A DNA stretch of 62,839 nt, filler included. It is 7 parts of 7 records of this genome, joined end to end, with 100 filler letters (N's around TTAATTAATTAA, not from the genome) between each part and the next. Parts side by side here need not be neighbours in the genome. Positions count along the whole stretch, not along the records: positions 15,790 to 23,850 come from SRR31156797_29941; positions 23,951 to 32,590 come from SRR31156797_29943; 5 more parts are not named here. The stretch is one strand, 5' to 3'. Made by a program: the position numbers and the translations under genes. Under the pieces are notes generated by a model. That model ran no database searches, had not been told where the DNA came from, and saw only the letters and a program-made list of their open reading frames with translations. Of this stretch, positions 19,080 to 29,732 are shown one piece after another; positions within the stretch are counted from its first letter, which is position 1, and the number at the start of each line of letters is the position of its first letter.

Positions 19080-19424
19080 CTACAATTTATTATCCTTATC
19101 AGGGAAGATGATGGCAGGTTTGTGCGATTTGGCTTGCTCAAAATCCATCATGGCATACGAAACAATAATGATCAGATCGCCTTCATGAACCTTTCTGGCT
19201 GCTGCACCATTTAACGAAATAACACCTGAGCCTCTTTCACCTTTGATTACATAGGTATCCAGCCTTTCACCGTTGGTGATATTGTAAATGTGCACACGCT
19301 CATTTTCAATGAGGTTGGAAGCATCCATCAAATCCTCATCAATGGCAATGCTGCCAATGTAGTTAAGGTTCGCTCCCGTGATGGTAGCCCTGTGAATTTT
19401 AGATTTTAAAACTTCAATCTGCAT
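19080..19424 (-). CDS. panD: Aspartate 1-decarboxylase
   Basis: [20 protein letters not shown] self-cleavage site, [15 protein letters not shown]. Start moved to ATG 19424. Confidence 0.95.
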   Translation of the reverse strand: MQIEVLKSKIHRATITGANLNYIGSIAIDEDLMDASNLIENERVHIYNITNGERLDTYVIKGERGSGVISLNGAAARKVHEGDLIIIVSYAMMDFEQAKSHKPAIIFPDKDNKL

Positions 19425-19440
19425 ATTGGCGGCAAAATTA

Positions 19441-20283
19441 CTAAAATAAAATAAGATTATCGATGAGGCGAACCTTGCCAAGATTAACAGCCGTGCAGGC
19501 AACAACACTGGTTTTGTCGTCCCAGTCCTTGATAGGCAAAAGGTCGTCAGTACCTACAATGGAGAGGTATTCAACTTCCATTCCCTGGTATTTATTAAGC
19601 TGTCTTTTACCCCAGTCTTCAGCTTGTGTTGGGGACATTTTCATTATTTTATCCTTCAATCCATTCAAGATCCTACTGATTGCCGGCGCAATAGCACGCT
19701 CTGCTTTGGTGAGTCTGACATTCCGTGAACTCATTGCCAAACCGTCTTTTTCTCGTCTAGTAGGACAAGGAACTATTTCAACATCCATATGCAATTTTTC
19801 AACCATAGCCTGGATAACCTTTAGCTGTTGGAAATCTTTCATGCCAAAATATGCCCTGTGAGGTGTAACAATTTCGAAAAGCCTTTTTACAACAACTGCC
19901 ACACCATTGAAGTGGCCTGGCCGATGAGCACCCTCCATAACTTTATCCAGATGGCCAAAATTAAATTTATCCAAAACAGGTTCAGGGTACATTTCCAGTT
20001 CCGTGGGACAAAATAAAACATCACATTCAACCTCTTCTAACTTTTGTGTGTCTTCCACAATCGTTCTGGGATAATTTTTTAAATCATCCTTTTTATTGAA
20101 TTGAATGGGGTTAACAAAAATGCTGCAAACCACAATGTTATTTTCGATATTGGCCTGCTGCAACAATGATATATGCCCCTGATGCAAAGCACCCATAGTT
20201 GGGACAAATCCTATGCGTTTACCGTTTTGGCGCTGATCCAACAAAAAGGCTGAGGTATCCTTGATGGTTTTGAAAACTTTCAT
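19441..20283 (-). CDS. panC: Pantoate-beta-alanine ligase
   Basis: [40 protein letters not shown]. Confidence 0.96.
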   Translation of the reverse strand: MKVFKTIKDTSAFLLDQRQNGKRIGFVPTMGALHQGHISLLQQANIENNIVVCSIFVNPIQFNKKDDLKNYPRTIVEDTQKLEEVECDVLFCPTELEMYPEPVLDKFNFGHLDKVMEGAHRPGHFNGVAVVVKRLFEIVTPHRAYFGMKDFQQLKVIQAMVEKLHMDVEIVPCPTRREKDGLAMSSRNVRLTKAERAIAPAISRILNGLKDKIMKMSPTQAEDWGKRQLNKYQGMEVEYLSIVGTDDLLPIKDWDDKTSVVACTAVNLGKVRLIDNLILF

Positions 20284-20293
20284 CGGCTGTAAA

Positions 20294-20806
20294 TTATGAG
20301 CCCATTGTGAGGATCAGCAAGATATCTTTTTCCAGGGATGATGTTGGAGATTCAACAATTCTTCCAATTTCCCTGCCCTTTTTGTAAAAAATAAATGTTG
20401 GAACCCGTTCAACGTCCAATCCGGAGATATCCGTATCACCTGCAGTTTTAGCCCTGTCAACGGCAAACAGTGTAAGCTTTGATTCTCTGATACCGACTTC
20501 ATCCATGATTTTATAAAACCTGGGTACCTGCATTTTACTATCGTGACACCAGGAGCCCATTACCGTTACCACCTTGACCCCCCTTTTTAAATCCTTTATC
20601 CTTGCAACAGTTGTTGAATCAATGTTATAGGCTTTGTATTCCTTCTGAAAATACTCAATGAAAATGTCGGATTCCAATCCTTTCCTGTCGCAGGGGCCCA
20701 CCAGTACTTCTTTTTTGAGCTCTTCATCTATAATTACTTTATTTTTATTTTGGGCTACAATAACTGTGGATAGCAAAATAGCGATGATTAATGCAACTGG
20801 TTTCAT
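20294..20806 (-). CDS. Exported thioredoxin-family protein (CxxS)
   Basis: Signal peptide, GSWCHDS, VPTFIFYKKGREIGRIVE. Confidence 0.8.
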   Translation of the reverse strand: MKPVALIIAILLSTVIVAQNKNKVIIDEELKKEVLVGPCDRKGLESDIFIEYFQKEYKAYNIDSTTVARIKDLKRGVKVVTVMGSWCHDSKMQVPRFYKIMDEVGIRESKLTLFAVDRAKTAGDTDISGLDVERVPTFIFYKKGREIGRIVESPTSSLEKDILLILTMGS

Positions 20807-20848
20807 AAGTTCTAAAAATTAGTGTTTTAATCAAATCAAAATAGTCAA

Positions 20849-21781
20849 CTAGAAATCTTTAGATATATTTTGTATTCTTTCGATGAGTTCGTTGTATTTT
20901 CTTTCAGTAATCTCCCTGGCATTTATATGACTGCTAGCTTCATCCTGAAGTTTACTATTCAACGCTTCAAGTTTGTCAATCCTGGAAAGTAAGTTATCCA
21001 TTTCAGCCTGAAAACGTTTATTTTGTTCAAGGATACTATTAAATTCCTGTGCCTCATTATCATCGGATTCCTTATCTATCCTTTTATCCATTTGCGCTAG
21101 CCTGGCCTCCAGATCTCTGCGTTTCTCCGATTCAAGTTCATAAGCTTTCTTCACCTCAATTATCTGGTTCTCGAGCATTAACTTCTCCTCTTTTAATCGC
21201 TCTGAATCAGGATTGCCATCCAACAATTTTTTGAGTTTATTTATTTCGGATGCCAATTGATTTTCTGTTGTTCTGGCCTTTTCAATCTCTTCCCTGGCAG
21301 CAAATAAATCTGTGTGGTAAGTTTTTAATTGTTGCTCCTTTTCTTTAACTGCCTTATTACTTTTGCCGGTAAGCAATAGTAACACAACAATCAAAATGAG
21401 GAACAATCCTGAAATGACCAGCAACATAAAATACATCCGTTTATTGAATCGATTATCCTGCTGAAGTTGGGCGTTTTCAAGGCTAAAGCTTTTTACTAAT
21501 TTATCATATCCGTTTACCTGTTTAGCATACACCCTGCTTAATGAATCAAATTTATCTGCTTTACTCAAGTCTATCAAAGCTGAGTCAAGTCGTATCAGAT
21601 GATTTAAGTAATTGTTTGTTTGCATAATATTGATCCATGTATTCTTCGAAACCGTGTCTTTATGAGCTTTGTAAAGCTGCAGTATGCTATCTCTCTGCCT
21701 AATGAGCTTTGCTTCCTGGTTTTGAGCAATACCCATATAGACAGCAAACAGGCAGATAGATAAAATCAGGAACCTCTTCAT
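20849..21781 (-). CDS. Hypothetical membrane-anchored coiled-coil protein
   Basis: Signal peptide, one central TM helix, long E/K/L-rich heptad C-terminus. Confidence 0.7.
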   Translation of the reverse strand: MKRFLILSICLFAVYMGIAQNQEAKLIRQRDSILQLYKAHKDTVSKNTWINIMQTNNYLNHLIRLDSALIDLSKADKFDSLSRVYAKQVNGYDKLVKSFSLENAQLQQDNRFNKRMYFMLLVISGLFLILIVVLLLLTGKSNKAVKEKEQQLKTYHTDLFAAREEIEKARTTENQLASEINKLKKLLDGNPDSERLKEEKLMLENQIIEVKKAYELESEKRRDLEARLAQMDKRIDKESDDNEAQEFNSILEQNKRFQAEMDNLLSRIDKLEALNSKLQDEASSHINAREITERKYNELIERIQNISKDF

Positions 21782-21859
21782 GGTTTTTTCAAATTATGCT
21801 TTGAGCAAAATTAGTCATAAAATCATACTTTAAGCTTCAATATTTTGTAAAGCAAGCAT

Positions 21860-21890
21860 AAAAAAAGGGGTTTCCATTGGAAACCCCTTT
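21860..21890 (-). terminator. Rho-independent terminator of T9SS protein gene
   Basis: AAAGGGGTTTCC-ATT-GGAAACCCCTTT hairpin with an A-tract on the left. Confidence 0.85.
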
Positions 21891-21911
21891 CTAATTTATG
21901 CTTATCGATTA

Positions 21912-23850
21912 TTACTTAATCGTAAGTCTCTTAGTAATTACAACACCTTCGCTATTTTCAATCTGTACGAAGTACATTCCTGAACGATAATCTGATGTGT
22001 TGATTTGGAAGTTTGTCTGGTTTATATTCTGATCAAGTACAATCTGACCTACATAGTTAACAACCTTGATATTATTGATATCGAAGTTTGTTTCGATATT
22101 TACAACATCAGTTGCCGGGTTTGGATATAGGCTTGCCTCAAGACCAGCGGTAAGATCGTTAATTGAAGTAGCACCAACTTTAAGGTTTGTGATTGTAGAA
22201 ACACCATCTTCAGCAAAGATGTTTGAATTTGGCATGTTTGCATCGAATGTAGCCTGAGCTATCATTTCTTCGCCATTACGCCAAACCTTGATTGTCATCA
22301 TATCACCTTCAACAAAACCTTCAGCACGATCAGTAAGCGGATCGTCACCAAATGTTCTGAGAGCCATGTTGTCGCGTGTGCTGGTAACTTCAGCCATACC
22401 TGTCATTTGATCATACTCGTTGAATGCACCAATTACATCACCAACCTGAAGTTGTGACAGTGCATTAGCAAGGATGAAGATATTGTGCTGTGTGCCGGTA
22501 AGCGTAGCATCATCCCAAGAGGTAATGTTTCTTGGAAGATCAGCATAACCAGGAGCAGCGTCAACTGCAGGAACATCAAAGCTGACAGTTGCACCGTTGT
22601 TCATTTCAACAAGGTAGCTGCTTCCAGGAACAAGATATTCAAGTGTGAACAATCCATATTGAGGTGCATAGATACCTGCATAGTCCATACTAAATGCCCA
22701 CTTCAGATCATCGCCTAATGGACCGAGTACATCGTCTGCAAGGACAACACTTTGCGCCCAAACCGGAATATAGTTTACGCCAGCACCCAGTTCAACATCA
22801 GTACCAAGCGTTGGGTAACCCATTACTTCGATTGATGTTGGATAACCATCATTAAGGTTAACCTTAGCACCTTGCTCTTCGTCGAATGCAAATGAAGCAT
22901 TCAGTGGTGACCAAGTCTGGTTTGGCATCTTGAATTCAACCAGTGTTACCCAGTCGATGATTTCTTCAAATAGTGTTGCCAGATCATCTTCTGTTGTGGA
23001 TAAGTCTAAATATGTTGACATACCATTAATCGGTCCAGCAAAATCAATAACCTGTGTCCAAGGAAGAACAGTAAGTGTAACTACATCTGACATAACATCA
23101 CCGCATTCACCCATAACCATTACATAATATTCACCAGCATCATCCAGCATAGCTGATTCGATTGCATATGTTGCATCTGTTGCTCCATCAATCATTTCAC
23201 CATTAAAGTACCACTGGTATCCGGTTGCATTTTCAGCTTCAACGCTGAATTCAGCAGCTTCGCTCCAGAGAACCTCAACACTCATTGGTTGCATTGTGAT
23301 TTCTGTGAGTGGAAGAACATTGAGTTCAAACACATCGTTTGGCATCGACATACAACCGTTGGCATCTGTAATGCTTACGATCACAAATTCCCATACACCA
23401 GCCATATCCGGTGTGAAAGGATATTCAAGATAGCTGTCTTCAATGACATCAGTCATTGTCATTCCATTCACTGTGTATTCCACCTCATAAGGATATGCGC
23501 CATCTTCCGGTCCAGTAACCGTTACATCAACGGTTTCACCAATGCATATTTCCAGTGAAGAGTACTCATATTCAAGGGTTGGTAAAGCGTTAACAGTAAT
23601 CATAAATTCGCATGAAGCTACACAACCAAACTCATTGGTTACAGTTAATGTGAACATATATTCACCTGCCATCATTGGATCGAATCCTTCAACTACCATG
23701 TCATCCATATCGGTGTAAACTCCGCCTTCAACTTCAGGGAACATGATGTATTCACTACCTTCACAAACTGCCTCAAACTCTGGGCATTCAGCTACTGGTG
23801 CAGGATTTACAACAATTTCACCCATTGCTGAGGCTGAACAACCGTTTTCA
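21912..23850 (-). CDS. T9SS type A sorting domain-containing surface protein with Ig-like domains, 5' truncated
   Basis: C-terminal LYPNPATDVVNI...GMYFVQIE...ITKRLTIK CTD; Ig-like YQWYFNG...DAGEYYV; frame open to contig end (ENGCSASAMGE). Confidence 0.88.
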
Positions 23851-23950
23851 NNNNNNNNNNNNNNNNNNNNNNNNNNNNNNNNNNNNNNNNNNNNTTAATT
23901 AATTAANNNNNNNNNNNNNNNNNNNNNNNNNNNNNNNNNNNNNNNNNNNN
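23851..23950. other. Artificial contig spacer
   Basis: N-run with TTAATTAATTAA. Confidence 0.98.
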
Positions 23951-24020
23951 TAGCATCATCGAGTTTTTTTAATTTAGAAACTGAAAGTAAAGAAGGTCGC
24001 TTTAAATACTAAGCCTTGAA

Positions 24021-24120
24021 TTTTTTGCTTCGTTTTTGGTTCAACCGAATCACCGTTAGGTGGTGAGCTCATGACCGTAGGGAATAACCCAAAAATGAAG
24101 AGCCCAGCCGGCTTAAGGCG
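24021..24120. repeat. Intergenic inverted-repeat element (MITE/REP-like)
   Basis: CTTCGTTTTTGGTT (24028-24041) pairs with AACCCAAAAATGAAG (24086-24100), enclosing a small CACC...GGTG hairpin. Confidence 0.4.
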
Positions 24121-24340
24121 ATGTGTAAACAATGTTTAATCGTTCAACTTATAGTTTTTTGCACATTTTTATAATCGATTTATTCAAAACGAAAATCAAA
24201 TATGCTTTAAAAATATACCGAGGCACCCAAACTACTAATAATATACATGTAAAACGCTGGTTATCACTAAAAAATTTAATACGGTTAATGTGTTGCATAT
24301 AAAAGTCATGAACAACTGATAAGAAAACATATGAGATTAT

Positions 24341-24373
24341 AAAAAGCGGCTCCTAAAATTTAGAAACCGCTTT
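24341..24373 (-). terminator. Probable sucC terminator
   Basis: AAAGCGG...CCGCTTT imperfect hairpin just downstream of the sucC stop. Confidence 0.65.
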
Positions 24374-24402
24374 AGTATTTTGAGAAGTTATATTGACTAA
24401 AA

Positions 24403-25590
24403 CTAAATATTTGCTTTTACCTGATCTGCTGCCTCTTGCAATGTAATGGCAGAAAAAACTTTAAGACCAGAATTATCAATCAACTCTTTTCCTTCTTCAG
24501 CATTGGTTCCTTGTAAGCGCACGATTACAGGTACTTCAATGTTACCGATACTCTTATAAGCATCAACTACACCTTGCGCTACTCTGTCGCAACGCACAAT
24601 ACCACCGAAGATGTTAATTAAAATAGCTTTTACATTTTCATCTTTTAAAATAATACGGAATCCAGCTTCTACCGTTTTAGCATTCGCAGTACCGCCGACA
24701 TCTAAAAAGTTTGCAGGATCTCCCCCACTCAATTTGATGATATCCATAGTTGCCATCGCCAATCCTGCACCATTTACCATGCAACCCACATTACCATCTA
24801 ATTTTACGAAATTAAGACCAAACTTACCTGCTTCAACTTCAGCAGGATCTTCCTCTGATAAATCTCTCATATCAGCGTAATCATGATGACGGAACAAAGC
24901 ATTATCATCTAAATTTACTTTTGCGTCTGCCGCGATTACTTTATCATCTGAAGTTTTAAATACAGGATTAATTTCAAACAGTGAAGAATCAGAGCCTTCA
25001 TAAGCTTTATATAATGATGAAGCAAACTTTACCATTGATTTGTATGCCTGTCCACTTAATCCAAGATTAAATGCAATTCTGCGAGCCTGAAATGGCATTA
25101 ACCCTGTAGCTGGATCAACCTCTTCTTTATGAATAAGTTCAGGAGTTTTTTCTGCAACAGTTTCAATATCCATACCCCCTTCAGTACTATACATAATGAT
25201 ATTTTTTCCAGTATCGCGATTAAGCAAAACACTCATATAGAATTCCTGAATTTCTGATGGCCCGGGATAATAAATTCCTTGCTCAATCAGCACGCGGTTC
25301 ACCTTTTTACCTTCCGGCCCGGTTTGATGTGTAACTAACTGCATGCCAATAATATCTTTAGCATGTTGTTTCACTTCGTCAAGTGATTTTGCAATTTTCA
25401 CACCACCTCCTTTACCACGCCCTCCGGCATGAATTTGCGCTTTTACAGCCCATGTATCACATCCGGTTTCTTCTGCTACCTGACGGGCAGCTGAAACGGC
25501 TTTTTCTGGAGTATCTGCTACTCTTCCTGCAGGAACGGGCACATTAAATGATTTTAGGATTGATTTGCCCTGGTATTCATGAATATTCAT
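24403..25590 (-). CDS. sucC: Succinate-CoA ligase (ADP-forming) beta subunit
   Basis: MNIHEYQGK, KAQIHAGGRGKGGGV, GCMVNGAGLAMATMD, NIFGGIVRCD. Confidence 0.97.
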   Translation of the reverse strand: MNIHEYQGKSILKSFNVPVPAGRVADTPEKAVSAARQVAEETGCDTWAVKAQIHAGGRGKGGGVKIAKSLDEVKQHAKDIIGMQLVTHQTGPEGKKVNRVLIEQGIYYPGPSEIQEFYMSVLLNRDTGKNIIMYSTEGGMDIETVAEKTPELIHKEEVDPATGLMPFQARRIAFNLGLSGQAYKSMVKFASSLYKAYEGSDSSLFEINPVFKTSDDKVIAADAKVNLDDNALFRHHDYADMRDLSEEDPAEVEAGKFGLNFVKLDGNVGCMVNGAGLAMATMDIIKLSGGDPANFLDVGGTANAKTVEAGFRIILKDENVKAILINIFGGIVRCDRVAQGVVDAYKSIGNIEVPVIVRLQGTNAEEGKELIDNSGLKVFSAITLQEAADQVKANI

Positions 25591-25671
25591 GGATATAGAT
25601 ATTTAAATTTTTAATATGGTAAACGTATCTAATTTTTTAGATAATTACAAGCATTTCGAATATTGAATTTA

Positions 25672-25769
25672 CAAAAATAAGAAAATTGTATTTCACATTT
25701 ACAATTGTAATTGGCAAACAATAAAAAAGCGTAAATAGTTTAAAAAAAATTATTGAAGCACTAATTTTG
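25672..25769. promoter_or_regulatory. Divergent Bacteroidota -7 promoter elements (TAnnTTTG)
   Basis: TATTTTTG on minus strand (25672-25679, sucC) and TAATTTTG on plus strand (25762-25769). The same motif occurs at 19433-19440(-), 21806-21813(-), 27987-27994(-), 28121-28128(+) and 29691-29698(+). Confidence 0.65.
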
Positions 25770-25787
25770 CAGAAAGATATTTGGATT

Positions 25788-26327
25788 ATGCGCAAATTAA
25801 AAATTTATGAAATAGAGAGAATTGATACCGAGCAGTTTCGAGAAGCTGATAAAATTCCGGTAGTTATTGTTTTAGATAATATCAGAAGTGCACATAATGT
25901 AGGATCATTTTTTCGCACATCTGATGCATTCCGGATTGCGCATATTTATCTATGTGGTATTACTGCACAACCTCCAAGTAATGAAATCAGAAAAACTGCC
26001 CTTGGTGCAACGGACTCTGTTGATTGGAGTTATCATGAACGCACTGAAGATGTGATTGAAAAATTGCAATCAAAAGGTTTTATTGTAGCAGGAATAGAGC
26101 AGGTTGATGAACCAATTATGCTAGAAGATTACAAAAATGAAAAAGATCAACCCATTGCTTTGGTTTTTGGAAATGAAGTGAAAGGAGTTCAGCAATCGGT
26201 ATTGGACAAATGTGATTTAGCCATTGAGATACCTCAATATGGCACCAAGCACTCATTAAATGTATCCGTGTCAGGTGGCATTGTAATTTGGGAAGTGTTC
26301 AAACAATTTCGGAATCTATTAGAATAA
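25788..26327 (+). CDS. TrmH/SpoU family RNA methyltransferase
   Basis: VLDNIRSAHNVGSFFRTSDAF, VFGNEVKGV, EIPQYGTKHSLNVSV; ATG start at 25788. Confidence 0.9.
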   Translation: MRKLKIYEIERIDTEQFREADKIPVVIVLDNIRSAHNVGSFFRTSDAFRIAHIYLCGITAQPPSNEIRKTALGATDSVDWSYHERTEDVIEKLQSKGFIVAGIEQVDEPIMLEDYKNEKDQPIALVFGNEVKGVQQSVLDKCDLAIEIPQYGTKHSLNVSVSGGIVIWEVFKQFRNLLE

Positions 26328-26342
26328 AAAAAGATAACACAT

Positions 26343-26377
26343 AAAAAAAGGTCGTTCCTTGCGGGACGACCTTTTTG
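26343..26377. terminator. Bidirectional terminator between convergent genes
   Basis: AAAAAGGTCGTTCC-TTGC-GGGACGACCTTTTT. Confidence 0.85.
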
Positions 26378-26394
26378 TCTATATATCAAATTGA

Positions 26395-27945
26395 TTATTT
26401 GGCAATCTTTTCAAGCCATTTCAACATGAAGATCATAGTAGCCATAGAAATAATACAAGCTACAACAAATACACCCCATGTTAACCACAATGGAACACTT
26501 TCGTAAAGAATAGCTCCGATAAAAAGCAATTGGTTACCTAATGCAGTTGCACCTAGCCATCCACCTTGCATAATACCCTGATACTGTGGAGGAGCCACTT
26601 TAGATACAAATGAAATTCCAAGTGGGCTAATGAATAACTCAGCAATGGTCAAAATCAAGTATGTTCCTATCAACAACATTGGTGTCACTCTCTGAGCATC
26701 TGCTAGTCCAACTCCACCTTGCGCAGGATCAATTGTCGAGAACTCTGGCAAACCAGCTGAACCAAGAATCATTACTACATATGCCATACCGGCAATGAAC
26801 ATACCGATTGCAATTTTTTTCGGTGTTGATGGTTCCATTCCCCGGGCTCGAAGCCATCCGAACAAACCAACAATTATTGGTGTCAGAAATACAATAAAGA
26901 TAGGATTAATAGATTGGAAAATCTCGGCACCTTCAATGGTAACAAAACCAAGGTTAATGGCAATTCCACTTAAATCAGTATAGTCACGCGCAAACATTGT
27001 CAATGTTAATCCATTTTGGTGGAAAGAAAACCAGAAGAAAATAACAACTCCAAACACTGCAAATAATGCATATAGACGTTGCTTGATTTCCTTAACACTC
27101 ATTTCAATTGGCTTATCAGATTCTGTTCCAGCTGCCATCTCTTTTTTCTTCTGCACACTTGGGAATCTATTCTTATTGGCCAAATAAATAAGTAAGGAAA
27201 TAAGCATTGCACCCACTGCAATTCCAAATGCATAATGGAAACCAGTTGTAAATACACTTAAGTAGTCATTTGCAAATTCATTCAAACTTAAATTAGCTCC
27301 ACCAACTTGCTGTTGTAATTCTGTAAAACGGTTCAATGCATCACCCTGAAGACCACCGCCTAATTGCTGGTGAGCAAGGGCAGGAAGATCAGGATTATAT
27401 TGAAAACCATTATTATTTAACCACCAGTTACGGATTCCAATGGCAGCAAAAGGTGCGAAGATGGCTCCAACATTAATAAACATGTAGAATAAAGAGAAAC
27501 CGGAGTCACGCTTATTTCCATATGTTTCGTTGTCGTACATCTGTCCTACTAAAGCTTGTAAGTTACCTTTAAAAAGTCCATTACCAAATGCAATCACAAA
27601 TAAACCAAAATTGGTCAGAATCAACATGATTGTTCTTGAGGCATCAGGTACAGGAGTTTCAGTAGGCAAGGCCACAATGACATAACCTGCTGCCATGACC
27701 AAAATACCGGCCAAAATAGTTCCTTTGTAGTTACGGATGCGGTCAGCAATCAATCCTCCAACGAAGGCAAGAATGTAAATGGAGAAATAAAATACTGAGT
27801 AGATAATTCCGGCATCAGAACCAGTTAATCCAAATTTTGCTTGAAGAAAAAGCACCAAAATAGCCATCATGGTGTAGAATCCAAAACGTTCCCCCATATT
27901 TGCTAAAGATGCCGCAATTAGTCCCTTAGGATGTCCTTTAAACAT
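26395..27945 (-). CDS. Proton-dependent oligopeptide (POT) MFS transporter
   Basis: GHPKGL, ERFGFY, GNGLFKGN, FYMFINVG, ELFISPLG. Confidence 0.92.
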   Translation of the reverse strand: MFKGHPKGLIAASLANMGERFGFYTMMAILVLFLQAKFGLTGSDAGIIYSVFYFSIYILAFVGGLIADRIRNYKGTILAGILVMAAGYVIVALPTETPVPDASRTIMLILTNFGLFVIAFGNGLFKGNLQALVGQMYDNETYGNKRDSGFSLFYMFINVGAIFAPFAAIGIRNWWLNNNGFQYNPDLPALAHQQLGGGLQGDALNRFTELQQQVGGANLSLNEFANDYLSVFTTGFHYAFGIAVGAMLISLLIYLANKNRFPSVQKKKEMAAGTESDKPIEMSVKEIKQRLYALFAVFGVVIFFWFSFHQNGLTLTMFARDYTDLSGIAINLGFVTIEGAEIFQSINPIFIVFLTPIIVGLFGWLRARGMEPSTPKKIAIGMFIAGMAYVVMILGSAGLPEFSTIDPAQGGVGLADAQRVTPMLLIGTYLILTIAELFISPLGISFVSKVAPPQYQGIMQGGWLGATALGNQLLFIGAILYESVPLWLTWGVFVVACIISMATMIFMLKWLEKIAK

Positions 27946-28172
27946 AGTTATTTGTCTTTGGTTAGTAATTCATAATCATAAGTGGACAAATATATAATAA
28001 ATTTTCTATCATAAAGAGGAAACCGTATTAATCATGTTATGAAAAATATTTCTCACATAAAAACCTATTTAACAAGTGCTTGCAAACAGGTTTTCTTTAT
28101 TGATTTTGCGATTTTTTAACTAATTTTGATAGAAATCATAAAAACAAACGACAAAACAATTCATTTTTCATT

Positions 28173-29684
28173 ATGAAATTATTAACAAGTCCTCAAATAA
28201 GAGAAATCGATCAATATACGATACAAAATGAACCCATTCCATCTATTGAACTCATGGAAAGGGCTGCCAATCAATTAGCCAACTTTATAGCAGAACGATT
28301 CACTACTGCCACAAAAATCACATTGATTGCAGGTCCGGGAAATAATGGTGGCGACGCAGTTGCTTTAGCCAGAATTCTGACCGAGAAAAATTACAATTGC
28401 AAATTGATAATGGCTGATTTTGGATCAAAACTCTCTGAAGATTGTCAAATCAATTATGATCGAATTAAAGCAGATCAAAAAGTACCTGTTATACATTGGT
28501 CAAAAGAAACTACAACTCCTGAAATAGAAAAAGAATGCCTGATCATTGAAGGTATTTTCGGTAGCGGACTCACAAGACCTGTTAAAGGATTTCCAGGTGA
28601 AATAATCAAGCACATCAATTCATTACCTAACACTGTATTTAGCATTGATATTCCTTCCGGCTTGTTCAGTGAAGACAACACGAATAATGACGGAGAAATT
28701 ATTGAAGCAAACTACACTGTTAGCTTTGAATTCCCGAAGCTGGCCTTTTTATTACCCGAGAATGAAAAATATGTGGGTGAATGGCATTCCAGAACCATCA
28801 GGCTTCATCCAACTGCAATAAAAAATGCTGTAACCTCATTTTATTTAACATCAACAAAGAACTTCCCAGCCCTAAAAAACCGTAGAAAATTTGCTCACAA
28901 AGGTGATTTTGGACATGCATTGCTTGTGGCAGGAAGTTATGGAAAAACCGGTGCTGCTGTACTTGCGGCAAAAGGTTGCCTGCGAAGTGGTTCCGGCTTA
29001 CTTTCCATTCATATTCCACAATCTTCATATGGCATCATGCAATCTTGCGTACCTGAAGCTATGCTGGTAATTGATGAAACAGAACAAATGTACTGTCAAA
29101 AAGTCGCATTGGAGCAGTTTACTGTAATTGCTGCCGGACCCGGTATTGGACAAAAAAAATCTATGCAGGATGCCTTACATTTATTAATAAAAAATGCTAC
29201 TGGCCCTATGGTGCTTGATGCTGACGCGTTGAATATTATCAGTCAAAATAAAAACTGGCTAGAATTATTACCGGAGCAATCAATATTAACACCTCATCCA
29301 AAGGAATTTGATCGGCTAACTCAAAAACACAATTCACATTACGAACGAATTATGAGCGGTCAGAAGTTAGCTAAGCAATTCAAAATCAATATTGTGCTAA
29401 AAGGAGCTTACACTGCAGTAATCGATTCAAATGGAGAAGTTTATTTTAATATTACCGGAAACCCGGCCATGGCCAAAGGTGGTAGCGGTGATGTATTAAC
29501 CGGTATTATTTTAGGGTTACTAAGTAGTGGTTACCATCCATTTGAAGCCGCAAGGATTGGCGTATATGTGCATGGCCTGGCCGCTGATATTGCACTTAAA
29601 AATGAAAGCATGGAAAGCTTAATAGCCACTGATATAATTAGTCATTTGGGAGAAGCCTACAAAATTATTCGCAAAACCAATTGA
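28173..29684 (+). CDS. nnr: Bifunctional NAD(P)HX epimerase / dehydratase
   Basis: LMERAA, GPGNNGGD, DIPSG (YjeF-N); HKGDFG, DADAL, LTPHPKEF, GGSGDVLTG (YjeF-C). Confidence 0.93.
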   Translation: MKLLTSPQIREIDQYTIQNEPIPSIELMERAANQLANFIAERFTTATKITLIAGPGNNGGDAVALARILTEKNYNCKLIMADFGSKLSEDCQINYDRIKADQKVPVIHWSKETTTPEIEKECLIIEGIFGSGLTRPVKGFPGEIIKHINSLPNTVFSIDIPSGLFSEDNTNNDGEIIEANYTVSFEFPKLAFLLPENEKYVGEWHSRTIRLHPTAIKNAVTSFYLTSTKNFPALKNRRKFAHKGDFGHALLVAGSYGKTGAAVLAAKGCLRSGSGLLSIHIPQSSYGIMQSCVPEAMLVIDETEQMYCQKVALEQFTVIAAGPGIGQKKSMQDALHLLIKNATGPMVLDADALNIISQNKNWLELLPEQSILTPHPKEFDRLTQKHNSHYERIMSGQKLAKQFKINIVLKGAYTAVIDSNGEVYFNITGNPAMAKGGSGDVLTGIILGLLSSGYHPFEAARIGVYVHGLAADIALKNESMESLIATDIISHLGEAYKIIRKTN

Positions 29685-29732
29685 TACGGTTATATTTGTA
29701 ATGCAAAATAACATTATCAAACGAAAAGCTTT

